Source of the DNA: Deltaproteobacteria bacterium
GTDB taxonomy: Bacteria; Myxococcota_A; UBA9160; SZUA-336
NCBI GenBank assembly: GCA_031396695.1
Contig: JANNLG010000171.1
Coordinates: forward strand, 6,053-70,052
DNA: 64,000 nucleotides
Direction: 5' to 3'
Numbering within the stretch: the stretch's first letter is position 1; every line of letters starts with the position of its first letter. Made by a program: the position numbers and the translations under genes. The notes beneath the pieces were generated by a model. That model ran no database searches, was not told where the DNA came from, and saw only the letters and a list, made by a program, of their open reading frames with translations. This document shows positions 45,705-56,680 of the stretch, piece after piece.

Positions 45705-46733
45705 ATGGCTGGAAACGTCGAGAAGGGTCGGAAGGTCGCGATCGTCGGTGCAACCGGTGCGGTCGGCGAGGTCTTGTTGCGCGTGCTCGAGGCGCGGAAC
45801 TTTCCGGTGGCCGAGCTGCGGCCGCTGGCGAGCGAGCGCTCGATCGGTACGACCATCCGCTTCCGCGGCGAGCAGATCCCGGTCGGGCTCGCGCAGCCCG
45901 ACGCCTTCGACGGGCTCGATTTCGTGTTCTTCGCCGCGACCGGCGCGCTCTCGAAGACGCTCGGCCCCGAAGTGGCGAAGCGCGGCGCGATCGCGATCGA
46001 CAAGTCGAGCACCTGGCGCATGGACCCGGACGTGCCGCTGGTCGTGCCCGAGATCAACGGCGCCGCAGTCGAGCAGCACAAGGGCATCATCGCCTGCCCG
46101 AACTGCACCACCATCCCGTTCGTGATGGCGCTCGAGCCGCTGCGCCGGCTGTCGCCGCTTCGCCGCGCGGTGATCACGACGTTCCAGTCCGTTTCGGGCG
46201 CGGGTCTGCCCGGGATCGAGGAGCTCGAGTCGCAGCTGAACGCGCTGCACGACCACAAGCCCCTGCCTGAGCCCAAGAACTTCGCGCGTCAGATTGCGAA
46301 CAATGTGGTGTCGCTGTGCGGCTCGTTCGGCGACGACGGCTACACGGACGAGGAAGCGAAGCTGCTCCACGAGTCGCGCAAGATCCTGGAAGACAAGAGC
46401 TTCGAGGTCGCGATGACTTGCGTGCGCGTGCCGGTGCCGGTCGGGCACTCGGCTTCGGTGCTGCTCGAGACGGCCTCGCCGATCTCGCCAGACGCCGCGC
46501 GCCGTGCGCTCGAGGCGTTCCCCGGCATCGTCGTGATGGACGATCCCAAGCACAACATCGTTCCGACGCCGGCCGACGCCGCGGGCCGCGACGAGGTCTT
46601 CGTCGGGCGCATCCGCAAGGACCTGACGAGCGATCGACTCTGGCTCTGGACGGTCGGCGACAACCTGCGCAAGGGCGCGGCCACCAACGCGGTGCAGATC
46701 GCCGAAGAGCTGATGCGCCGGGGACTTCGCTGA
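45705..46733 (+). CDS. asd: aspartate-semialdehyde dehydrogenase
   Basis: ATG 45705. VAIVGATGAVG is followed by the active-site segment IACPNCTT, then QSVSGAG and DNLRKGAATNAVQIAE. Confidence 0.9.
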   Translation: MAGNVEKGRKVAIVGATGAVGEVLLRVLEARNFPVAELRPLASERSIGTTIRFRGEQIPVGLAQPDAFDGLDFVFFAATGALSKTLGPEVAKRGAIAIDKSSTWRMDPDVPLVVPEINGAAVEQHKGIIACPNCTTIPFVMALEPLRRLSPLRRAVITTFQSVSGAGLPGIEELESQLNALHDHKPLPEPKNFARQIANNVVSLCGSFGDDGYTDEEAKLLHESRKILEDKSFEVAMTCVRVPVPVGHSASVLLETASPISPDAARRALEAFPGIVVMDDPKHNIVPTPADAAGRDEVFVGRIRKDLTSDRLWLWTVGDNLRKGAATNAVQIAEELMRRGLR

Positions 46734-46746
46734 GCGAGGCGCGCCC

Positions 46747-48687
<1,941 letters not shown>

Positions 48688-48709
48688 CCACGAGCTGCGA
48701 GTATACGAC

Positions 48710-49813
48710 TCAGGCCGCCGCGGGCGTCTCCGGTAGCGGACCGACGTAGCGCGAGCCGGGCCGGATGATGCGCGAGCTCTGGCGCTGCTCGTCGATGTGC
48801 GCGAGCCAGCCCGCCACGCGCGCGACCGCGAAGGTCGGCGAGAACAGCTCCTGCGGCAGACCGATCGCGTCGAGCAGCACGGCCGTGTAGAACTCGACGT
48901 TCGCGGCCATGCGGCGCTCGGGGCGGCGCTCGCCGAGCGACGCGACGGCGACGCGCTCGACCGCGCGCGCGAGATCGAGCCGATCGCTGCGCAGGCCCGT
49001 CTCGCGCAGGCGCTCGACGGCGCGCTCGAGCACTGCCGCCCGCGGATCGCGCACGCGGTACACGCGGTGGCCCATGCCCATGATGCGCCGGCCCGAAGCC
49101 AGCTCGCCGGTGATCCAGCTCGAGGCGTTCTCGGGCGTGCCGATCGCGTCGAGCATCGCGAGCACCGGCCCGGGCGCGCCGCCGTGGCGCGGCCCCTTCA
49201 GCGCGCCGAGTGCAGCCACCACGGCCGACACCGTGTCGGAGTCGGTCGAAGCGACCACGCGCGCGGTGAACGTGGATGCGTTCATGCCGTGATCGGCGGC
49301 GGTGACCAGGTACGCGTCGAGCGCGCGGCTGCGCGCCGGATCGCTGCCGTGCGCGCTCGCCATGCGCAGGTAGTCGGCGGCGTGACCGAGCGCGGGATCG
49401 GGTGCGATCGGCGCCGAGCCGCGCTGTTTGCGCGCCCACGCCGCCGCGAAGACCGCGACCGAAGCCGTGAGCTCGGCACGCAGCTCGCACTCCGGAATCT
49501 CGCTCGCGCGCAGCTGCGCGAGCGCCCCGCGCACGGCCTCCATGCCGTCGGGCGCATCGAGCGCGCGGCCGAGCGAGCGCAGGCGCGCGAACGCGCGAAC
49601 GCGTGCTCGGCCCAACTCCTCACGCACGTCCTCGTGCGCAATCGGACCGGGCAGCTCGCCGCTCCAGAGCAGCGCGCAGGCCGCCTCGAAATCGGCTCGC
49701 TGCGCGAGCTGCTCCACGTCGTGCCCGCGCACCACCAGGCGGCCGCGCTCGCCGTCGACGTCGGAAAGGCAGGTCTCCGCCACCACCACGCCCTCGAGTC
49801 CATCCATCTGCAT
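48710..49813 (-). CDS. citrate synthase family protein (small type)
   Basis: ATG 49813 (MQMDGLEGVVVAETCLSDVDG...). The segments DHGMNASTF, LKGPRHGGA, GMGHRVYRVRDPR and NVEFYTAV match the family. The rest of track ORF 48710..51052 is an antisense shadow. Confidence 0.85.
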   Translation of the reverse strand: MQMDGLEGVVVAETCLSDVDGERGRLVVRGHDVEQLAQRADFEAACALLWSGELPGPIAHEDVREELGRARVRAFARLRSLGRALDAPDGMEAVRGALAQLRASEIPECELRAELTASVAVFAAAWARKQRGSAPIAPDPALGHAADYLRMASAHGSDPARSRALDAYLVTAADHGMNASTFTARVVASTDSDTVSAVVAALGALKGPRHGGAPGPVLAMLDAIGTPENASSWITGELASGRRIMGMGHRVYRVRDPRAAVLERAVERLRETGLRSDRLDLARAVERVAVASLGERRPERRMAANVEFYTAVLLDAIGLPQELFSPTFAVARVAGWLAHIDEQRQSSRIIRPGSRYVGPLPETPAAA

Positions 49814-49865
49814 CGCACTTCTCCTTGGACCTCTACCTTGCCGCTGATCCATTACTTGATCAACG

Positions 49866-49881
49866 TTGATCGATCGATCAA
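49866..49881. promoter_or_regulatory. perfect 16-bp palindrome TTGATCGATCGATCAA (candidate operator)
   Basis: It lies in the 78-bp gap between the divergent citrate-synthase paralogues. It is preceded by the related 8-bp palindrome TTGATCAA (49856..49863). It lies 10 nt upstream of the GTG of the HTH-fused paralogue. Confidence 0.45.
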
Positions 49882-49891
49882 GATACGAGCC

Positions 49892-51133
49892 GTGAAGACG
49901 CGAACCGACGCAGCGCTCTGCGCGCGCGAGGCGGCCGAATTCCTGGGCGTGAAGCTCGCGACGCTCTACGCCTACGCGAGCCGCGGCCGCTTGAAGAGTG
50001 TGTCCGGGACGCGCGGCCGCGCGCGGCGCTACGCGCGCGCCGATCTCGAGGCACTGCGCGCGCGCAGCGCCGGACCCGCCGCGGGCGCGCTGCGCTTCGG
50101 CGAGCCGGTGCTCGAGACGCGCATCACCGACATGACTCCGCTCGGGCCGGTCTACCGCGACCGGCTCGCGAGCGAGCTCGCGAGCGCACGCGCTCCCTTC
50201 CCGTCGGTCGCGGAGCTGCTTTGGACCGGCGCCCTGCCCGCGCGCGCGCCGAGCTGGCCCGCCGGCGCGACGATCTGGCCGGCGCGCGAGCTCGCGAAGC
50301 TCGTGCCGCGCGGCAGCCCACCGCTCGGCGCGCTCGCGATCGCGCTGCCGGTGCTCGCGGCGAACGATGCCTCGCGCTTCGACGCGCGACCCGAGGCCGT
50401 GCTCGCGCGCGCGCGCGGCTTGCTGCCGCAGCTCGCGGCCTCGTACGCGCTCGCGCTCGATCCACGCCGGCTCGCACCCGCGCTCGAGGCCGGCGACCCG
50501 GCGCGCGCGCTCGCGATCGCGCTCGGCGCGCCGACCACGAAGCCCGCGCTCGAGCTCCTGAACGTCGCACTCGTGCTGCTCGCCGATCACGAGCTGAACT
50601 CGTCCACGTTCGCGGCGCGCGTGGCGGCCTCGACCGGCGCCGACCTGTACGCGTGTCTCGGCGCCGCGGTCGCCGCGCTCAGCGGACCGCTGCACGGCGG
50701 CGCGAGCGAGCAGGTCGAGATCCTCGCTCGCGAAGCTGCGAACGCCGCCGGCGCGGCCAGCGCCGTGCGCGATCGCATGCGCCGCGGCGAGCGCATTCCC
50801 GGATTCGGTCACTCGCTCTATCCGGATGGCGATCCGCGCGTGCCGCCGCTGCTCGAGGCCGCAAGACGGCTTGCCCCACGCGCGCCGCGCGTGAAGACGA
50901 TCGCGGCGATCCTCCACGCGATGGACGAGGCCGGCCGGCCCAAGCCCAACGTCGACGTGGCGCTCGCCTGCGCCTGCGCTGCGCTCGATCTGCCCCAAGG
51001 CCAGGGCCCGGCGATCTTCGCGATCGGCCGCGCGGCGGGCTGGGTTGCCCACATCCTGGAGCAGTACGAGGCCGGCTTCGTGCTGCGACCGCGCGCCCGT
51101 TGGGCGGGCCCCGCTGGTATGCTGCGCGCGTGA
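49892..51133 (+). CDS. citrate synthase family protein with N-terminal helix-turn-helix (excisionase/MerR-type) domain
   Basis: GTG 49892. LCAREAAEFLGVKLATLYAYASRGRLKS is an HTH_17-like motif. The citrate synthase core follows (DHELNSSTF, LSGPLHGGA, GFGHSLYPDGDPR, PNVDVAL). Confidence 0.8.
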   Translation: MKTRTDAALCAREAAEFLGVKLATLYAYASRGRLKSVSGTRGRARRYARADLEALRARSAGPAAGALRFGEPVLETRITDMTPLGPVYRDRLASELASARAPFPSVAELLWTGALPARAPSWPAGATIWPARELAKLVPRGSPPLGALAIALPVLAANDASRFDARPEAVLARARGLLPQLAASYALALDPRRLAPALEAGDPARALAIALGAPTTKPALELLNVALVLLADHELNSSTFAARVAASTGADLYACLGAAVAALSGPLHGGASEQVEILAREAANAAGAASAVRDRMRRGERIPGFGHSLYPDGDPRVPPLLEAARRLAPRAPRVKTIAAILHAMDEAGRPKPNVDVALACACAALDLPQGQGPAIFAIGRAAGWVAHILEQYEAGFVLRPRARWAGPAGMLRA

Positions 51134-51245
51134 GCGGCAAGCCCGAGGTCGATGAGCGGATCGGTCCGTCAGTGGTTCGAATGCGGTGCGGCGAGCTCGG
51201 ATCGAAAACCCGCGGCCTTTTGCCGTGACTACCCCGGAGGCGTGA

Positions 51246-52070
51246 ATGTACGAGCAGATCCTCTACTCGGTCGAAGACCCCGTCGCGCTGATCACGCTGA
51301 ATCGGCCGGAGCGACTGAACGCCTGGACCGATCGCATGGGCGACGAGCTGCGCCACGCGATCGCGCGCGCGGAGGCCGACAAGAGCGTGGTCGGCATCGT
51401 GCTCACCGGGGCGGGCCGCGGCTTCTGCGCGGGTGCGGACCTGAAGGGACTGCAGGCGATCACCGTTGGCGAGCGCGAGCGCGGCGGCACCGCTTCGGGA
51501 CTCGCCGCCGACCCCGGCGACACCGAAATGGGTGAGTCGTTCCGCAAGCACTACTCGTACCTGATGTCGGTGCGCAAACCGATCATTGCCGCGATCAACG
51601 GACCGTGCGCCGGCATGGCGATGCCGATCGCGCTGTTCTGCGATCTGCGCTTCGCGGCCGAGAGCGCGACCTTCACGACCGCCTTCGTGCGCCGCGGCCT
51701 GATCGCGGAGTGGGGCCTGGCCTGGACGCTGCCGCGGCTGGTCGGCTCCGCGCACGCGCTCGACCTGTTGCTCTCGGGCCGCAAGATCGATGCGCGCGAA
51801 GCCGAGCGGATCGGGCTCGTGAATCGCGTGCTCTCCGACGAAAAGCTGGTCGCCCACTGCGTCGACTACGTGCGCGAGCTGGCGGCGAACGCCTCGCCGG
51901 CCTCGATGATGGTGATGAAGCGGCAGGTCTACCAGCAGCTCACGAGTGAACTCGGCCCGGCGTGCGACGAGGCCGTGAAGCTGATGGTGGAAAGCTTCTC
52001 GCGACCCGACTTCAAGGAGGGCGTGCAGTCCTTCCTGGAACGGCGACCGCCGAAGTTCCCGCGCGTCTAG
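51246..52070 (+). CDS. enoyl-CoA hydratase/isomerase family protein
   Basis: Full-length track ORF with GGAGG upstream. The segments ALITLNRPERLNAW, GAGRGFCAGADL and IAAINGPCAGMA match the family. Confidence 0.9.
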   Translation: MYEQILYSVEDPVALITLNRPERLNAWTDRMGDELRHAIARAEADKSVVGIVLTGAGRGFCAGADLKGLQAITVGERERGGTASGLAADPGDTEMGESFRKHYSYLMSVRKPIIAAINGPCAGMAMPIALFCDLRFAAESATFTTAFVRRGLIAEWGLAWTLPRLVGSAHALDLLLSGRKIDAREAERIGLVNRVLSDEKLVAHCVDYVRELAANASPASMMVMKRQVYQQLTSELGPACDEAVKLMVESFSRPDFKEGVQSFLERRPPKFPRV

Positions 52071-52080
52071 AGGAGTCCGC

Positions 52081-53535
52081 ATGGTCGGGTGGCTCTGGCT
52101 CGCTCCGTTCATCCTCGCCTTCACACCGACGGCGATCTGGCTGTACCAGCGCGGCACGCAATCGGCGTTCAGCGAGGTGCACACGCTGTTCATGCCGCTC
52201 GTGCTCGCGTACCTGATTCGCGAGCAGCTGAAGCTCGATCCGGACCCGACCCCGCGCTCGTCAGCACTGGGCTTCCTGTTCGTCGTGCCCGCGCTGGCGC
52301 TGGTCGCGCTCGACGCGGCGATGCACACGCAGATGCTGGGCGCGATCGCGCTGGTGATTGCGCTGCCGGGGATCTCGCTGCTCCTGCTCGGCACGCGCCG
52401 CACGCGCGAGCTCGCGTTCCCGCTCGCGCTGGCCGTGTTCATCGTGCCGATTCCCACGGGCATGCTGACGCCGCTCTACAGCGTGCTGCGGCCGATCGCC
52501 GCGATCGGCACGACCTGGCTGGTGCCGCTGTTCGGCATGCCGATCGCGCGCGTCGGCACGGCGCTCTCGGTGCCGGGACTCGCGGTCGAGGTCGCGGACA
52601 ACTGCTCCGGCTGGTCGTCGCTGCAGGCCGCGGTGATCACGGCGCTGGTGCTCGCGCACTTCTCGAGCTCGAAACAGCGGAGGCTCGCGCTACTGCTCTC
52701 CGCCATCCCGGTCGCGATCGTCTGCAACATCCTGCGCGTGACCGCGCTCGTGTTGCTGGCGCAACGCTACGGCGCCGAGCTGCTCGACACCACGCTGCAT
52801 CCCGCGTCGGGCGTGATCCTGTTCGGTGTCGTGATCGCGGTGCTGTTCGCGATCGCGGGACCCGACGCCATGCGCTCGGCCAAGGCTTCGGGCCAGCGCG
52901 TCGTCGTCGCGACGCGCTACGCGCTGGCGCTCGCGGCGCTCTGCGCGCTCGCGCTGATCCCGGTCGGCATGCACTCGACCGCGCGCCTGCGCGGCGACGA
53001 CTGCGCGAACGCCGCCGCGCTCGTGCCCTCGGACGGAAGCGTCGATCCCGCCCGCGCGCTGTTGATGCAGCAGCAGTACAAGGCCTCGCAGTGGCGCGAG
53101 GGTACGCTGCCGGCAACCGCGGACACGCCGGCGCTTCGCTACGCCGTGATTCGCAACTACGAACCGAGGCTGCTCTACTACCGCGGCTCGCGCCGGCTCT
53201 GGCAGGACGTCGAGCCTGGCGCCGACACCATCGAGTGGCTGGAGTCCGACGACGGCCGGCTGCCGATCGTGCGCTCGCAGCTCGCGGGCGATCGGCCGGG
53301 GCAGCCGCGCGCGGTGATCGCGTCGCTGCTCGTCTACGAGGGCGAGCCCGTCGAAACCGGCTGGCGCGCGCAGCTCCGCGCGGCGCCGCGCCAGATGTTC
53401 ACGGGCAGTCGCCCGATGACCTTGTTCACGGTACGGGGTGACGTGCAGGGCGGCGATCACGCGGCGGTGGAAAAGCGCGCGCACGCGTACCTGCTCGATT
53501 CGTGGCGAACCTACCGGGCTCTGTGCCGGCACTGA
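52081..53535 (+). CDS. exosortase-family protein with C-terminal EpsI-like domain
   Basis: AGGAG lies 5 nt before ATG 52081. The multi-TM core carries the exosortase catalytic signatures: VADNCSGWSS (Cys), CNILRV (Arg) and LHPASG (His). An extra TM segment and a soluble tail of about 200 aa resemble EpsI; that part is inference. Confidence 0.75.
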   Translation: MVGWLWLAPFILAFTPTAIWLYQRGTQSAFSEVHTLFMPLVLAYLIREQLKLDPDPTPRSSALGFLFVVPALALVALDAAMHTQMLGAIALVIALPGISLLLLGTRRTRELAFPLALAVFIVPIPTGMLTPLYSVLRPIAAIGTTWLVPLFGMPIARVGTALSVPGLAVEVADNCSGWSSLQAAVITALVLAHFSSSKQRRLALLLSAIPVAIVCNILRVTALVLLAQRYGAELLDTTLHPASGVILFGVVIAVLFAIAGPDAMRSAKASGQRVVVATRYALALAALCALALIPVGMHSTARLRGDDCANAAALVPSDGSVDPARALLMQQQYKASQWREGTLPATADTPALRYAVIRNYEPRLLYYRGSRRLWQDVEPGADTIEWLESDDGRLPIVRSQLAGDRPGQPRAVIASLLVYEGEPVETGWRAQLRAAPRQMFTGSRPMTLFTVRGDVQGGDHAAVEKRAHAYLLDSWRTYRALCRH

Positions 53536-55769
53536 GCACACGCACCGCGTTCCGAACCTGCCCGATCTGCGAGGCGAGCTGTGGACTCGCGCTCTCGCTC
53601 GAGGGCGAGCGCGTGCTGCGTGTGCGCGGAGACGAGCGCGACGTCACCAGCCGCGGCTACCTGTGCCCGAAGGGCGCCGCGCTCGGCGAGCTGCACCACG
53701 ACCCCGACCGGCTGCGCACACCGCTCGTGCGCGGGCCCGAGGGTCTGCGCGCGGCGAGCTGGGACGAGGCGTTCGCGGAGATCGAGCGGCGCCTGCAGCC
53801 GGTGATCGAGCGACACGGCCGCGGATCGGTCGCCGTCTACGTCGGCAATCCCACCGCGCACGACTACTCGCTCTACGCCTATCTGCCCGCGCTGCTGCTG
53901 GCGGCCGGCACGCACCAGCTCTACACGGCGGGCACGGTCGACCAGCAGCCGAAGCAGGTCGCGGTGAACTGCATGTTCGGCACGGCCTGGGGCATTCCCG
54001 TGCCGGACGTCGACCGCACGCAGTATCTGCTCGTGCTGGGCGCGAACCCGGCGGCTTCAAACGGGAGCCTGCTGGTCGCGCCGGATCTACAGGGCCGGCT
54101 CGACGCGATCCGCGCGCGCGGCGGGCGCGTGGTGGTGGTCGATCCGCGCCGCACGAAGACCGCCGAACGCGCCGATGAATGGCTGCCGATCCGACCTGGC
54201 ACCGACGCGCTGTTCCTGTTCGCGCTGGTGAACACGCTGTTCGCGGAGGGGCGCGTCGCACTCGGCGCGCTCGGCGCGCACGTGAACGGAGTCGAGCGGC
54301 TGCGCGAGCTCGCGGCGGAGTTCACGCCGGAATCGGTCGAGGCGCGTTGCCGGATTCCCGCAACCACGATTCGCAGGATCGCGCGCGAGCTGGCGAGCGC
54401 CGAGCGCGCCGCCGTGTACGGCCGCGTCGGCACCTGCACGCAGGAGTTCGGCACGCTCGCGAGTTGGGGGATCGACGCGCTGAACGTGCTCACCGGAAAC
54501 CTCGATCGCGTCGGCGGCGTGATGTGGAGCCGGCCGCTGGCCGGCGGCGACCACACGCGCGGCGCGAAGGGGCGCGGACCGGAGTTCCAGGTCGGCCGCT
54601 TCCGCACGCGCGTGCGCGGGGCGCCCGAGGTTCTGTTCCAGCTGCCCGCCGCCTGCCTCGCCGAAGAGATCGACACCCCCGGCGAGGGACAGATCCGCGC
54701 GCTCGTGGTGATCGCCGGAAATCCCGCACTCTCGGTGCCCGACGGCGAGCGGCTCGACCGCGCGCTGGCGCAGCTCGACTGTCTGGTCTCGCTCGACCTG
54801 TTCGTGAACGAGACCGCGCGCCACGCACACGTCGTGCTGCCGTCGCCCTCGCCGCTGCAACAGCCGCACTACGACGCCCTGCTCTATCAGGTCGCCGTGC
54901 GCAACGCCGCACGCTACTCGAAGCCCGTCCTGCCGCTCGACGTCGACGCGCTGCCGGAGTGGCAGATCATGCTGCGCCTGGCCGCGATCTTCGCCGGCCA
55001 GGGCGCGAAGGCGGACGCGAACGCGCTCGACGACGGCTACTTCGCCGCGCGGCTACACGCACAGGTGTCGGACCCGAGCTCGCCGATCCACGGCCGCGAC
55101 CCGGGCGAGCTGGTCGCGCTCGCCGCCGGACGGCGCGGGCCCGAGCGCATCCTCGACCTCGAACTGCGCACCGGTCCCTACGGAGACGGCTTCGGCGCCG
55201 TGCCGGGCGGGCTCTCGCTCGCGGAGCTCGAGCGCCACCCGCACGGGCTCGATCTCGGTCCGCTCGAGCCTGCGCTGCCGGACGTGCTGCGCACGCCGAG
55301 CGGCAAGATCGAGCTCGCGCATCCATACCTGGCCGCCGACCTGCCGCGGCTGCGCGAGCGCCTGTCGCGTCCTGACGACGACGGGCTGCTGCTGATCGGC
55401 CGGCGCGACCTGCGCTCGAACAACTCGTGGCTGCACAACGCGCCGTCGCTGATGACCGGTCGCGAGCGCTGCACGCTGGTCGTGCACCCCGCCGACGCCG
55501 CCGAGCGCGGCCTCGGCGGCGGCGATCTCGCGCAGATCCGTTCCGCGGCTGCGACGCTGGTGGTCGCGGTAGAGGTCAGCGACGAGGTCGCGCGCGGCGT
55601 CGTGTGCTTGCCGCACGGCTTCGGACACGGCCGGGCGGGCGCGCGTCTCACGGTCGCCGCACGCCGACCCGGCGTGAACTCGAACGCGCTCTCGGATGCC
55701 CGCGCGCTCGACGCGCCGTCGGGAACCGCGGTCGTGAACGGCATCCCGGTCGAGGTCGCACGCGCCTGA
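53523..55769 (+). CDS. molybdopterin-dependent oxidoreductase (Mo/W-bisPGD family)
   Basis: GTG 53523 (or GTG 53502) overlaps the exosortase stop. The N-terminal 4Fe-4S motif is CPICEASCG...YLCPKG. Molybdopterin and dinucleotide-binding domains follow, ending with the C-terminal VNGIPVEV. There is no in-frame TGA. Confidence 0.85.
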   Translation: MPALSTRTAFRTCPICEASCGLALSLEGERVLRVRGDERDVTSRGYLCPKGAALGELHHDPDRLRTPLVRGPEGLRAASWDEAFAEIERRLQPVIERHGRGSVAVYVGNPTAHDYSLYAYLPALLLAAGTHQLYTAGTVDQQPKQVAVNCMFGTAWGIPVPDVDRTQYLLVLGANPAASNGSLLVAPDLQGRLDAIRARGGRVVVVDPRRTKTAERADEWLPIRPGTDALFLFALVNTLFAEGRVALGALGAHVNGVERLRELAAEFTPESVEARCRIPATTIRRIARELASAERAAVYGRVGTCTQEFGTLASWGIDALNVLTGNLDRVGGVMWSRPLAGGDHTRGAKGRGPEFQVGRFRTRVRGAPEVLFQLPAACLAEEIDTPGEGQIRALVVIAGNPALSVPDGERLDRALAQLDCLVSLDLFVNETARHAHVVLPSPSPLQQPHYDALLYQVAVRNAARYSKPVLPLDVDALPEWQIMLRLAAIFAGQGAKADANALDDGYFAARLHAQVSDPSSPIHGRDPGELVALAAGRRGPERILDLELRTGPYGDGFGAVPGGLSLAELERHPHGLDLGPLEPALPDVLRTPSGKIELAHPYLAADLPRLRERLSRPDDDGLLLIGRRDLRSNNSWLHNAPSLMTGRERCTLVVHPADAAERGLGGGDLAQIRSAAATLVVAVEVSDEVARGVVCLPHGFGHGRAGARLTVAARRPGVNSNALSDARALDAPSGTAVVNGIPVEVARA

Positions 55770-55784
55770 GCGGGCGATCTCGAG

Positions 55785-56654
55785 TCAGGCGTAGCCGGCG
55801 GGCAGCTCGCGGGCCGGTGATTCCTCGAGCAGGTAGCTGCGATTGCAGAACGCTTCGCGGAAGCCGACGCGCTGGTAGACGTGGCGGGCGGCTTCGTTCG
55901 CCTCGTCACAGTAGAGTGTCACGATCTCGTAGCGATCGAAGAGCCGGGCGCAGATGCCGCGAACGCCCTCTGTCGCGTGACCGCAGCCGCGCGCAGCGCG
56001 CGGGACGAACACGCCGCCGAGCTGCACCGTGTTCGCGCTGGCTGCGCCGACGTGCACCTGGAACACGATCCGGCCGCGCGCGCGCGCGATCCACCAGCGG
56101 CCGTCGCGCACGTCGCTCGCGTGGCGCTCGCGGAAGCCCGCGGCGTCGGCGGCCTCGCGGTCGTCGTGCAGGTCTTCGCGGTGCTGCTCCGCGCTGTTCG
56201 CGGTCAGCTCGAGCAGGTCGGACGCGCGCGCCGGCTCGAGCAGCATGCGCTGCGCGGCGGCGCTCGGCCCGCACAGCTCGGCCGCGCGCGCGGCGAACAC
56301 CGGCTCGCGGCGCGTCCAGCGCAGACCCGGGGCGTGGCGCTGGTACTCGCTCCAGAACGGCTCGGTGACGTCCTCGCTGCCCACGATGTGACGCGGCCGG
56401 ATTGCCGTGCGCGCGGCCGCCGCCGCGAGCGGTGCGAACGCGCGCGCGTCGCGCACTTCGAGCGCGGTTCCCCCTTGCGGGCCGATCATCAGCACCGCCT
56501 CGAGCCGCCCGCCGGGCGCGTAGCCGTAGAAGCCCGGCACCCGGCCCAGCACGCCGGCCGCGACCACGTAGTCGAGAAACACGTTGTGGAGCGGCCGCGC
56601 GCGCAGCAGCGCGCGGGCGTCGAAGCCGTCGGCGGCGGTCAGGGGGCGAACCAT
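55785..56654 (-). CDS. GNAT family N-acetyltransferase with N-terminal accessory domain
   Basis: Full-length track ORF. The C-terminal GNAT motifs are QLGGVFVPRAARGCGHA and ARHVYQRVGF. The 150 aa or so at the N-terminus resemble the DUF4081-type accessory domain; that part is inference. Confidence 0.7.
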   Translation of the reverse strand: MVRPLTAADGFDARALLRARPLHNVFLDYVVAAGVLGRVPGFYGYAPGGRLEAVLMIGPQGGTALEVRDARAFAPLAAAAARTAIRPRHIVGSEDVTEPFWSEYQRHAPGLRWTRREPVFAARAAELCGPSAAAQRMLLEPARASDLLELTANSAEQHREDLHDDREAADAAGFRERHASDVRDGRWWIARARGRIVFQVHVGAASANTVQLGGVFVPRAARGCGHATEGVRGICARLFDRYEIVTLYCDEANEAARHVYQRVGFREAFCNRSYLLEESPARELPAGYA

Positions 56655-56680
56655 CGGCGTCAGGGTACCATCGCGCTCCG

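Noticed and set aside
44144-46276. Upstream 711 codons of track ORF 42308..46276(-), which would make a 1322-aa protein.
   Set aside because: Recognisable PLP-enzyme sequence begins only at ATG 44143, which has a strong GGGGGGGAG ribosome-binding site. The upstream part overlaps the panE-like, gamma-CA and asd genes in other frames or on the other strand, and it is Arg/Gly/Ala junk.
51174-51182. GGTTCGAAT, the tRNA T-loop-like sequence, in the gap before the enoyl-CoA hydratase gene.
   Set aside because: The flanking bases (CAGTG / GCGGT) cannot form a T-stem. No acceptor or anticodon arms can be drawn either. It is not a tRNA.
53502-55769. Possible selenocysteine in the molybdopterin oxidoreductase, as in formate dehydrogenases.
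   Set aside because: The reading frame is continuous with no in-frame TGA. The protein does not show the FdhA-type U/C-H-x-P-S active-site context.
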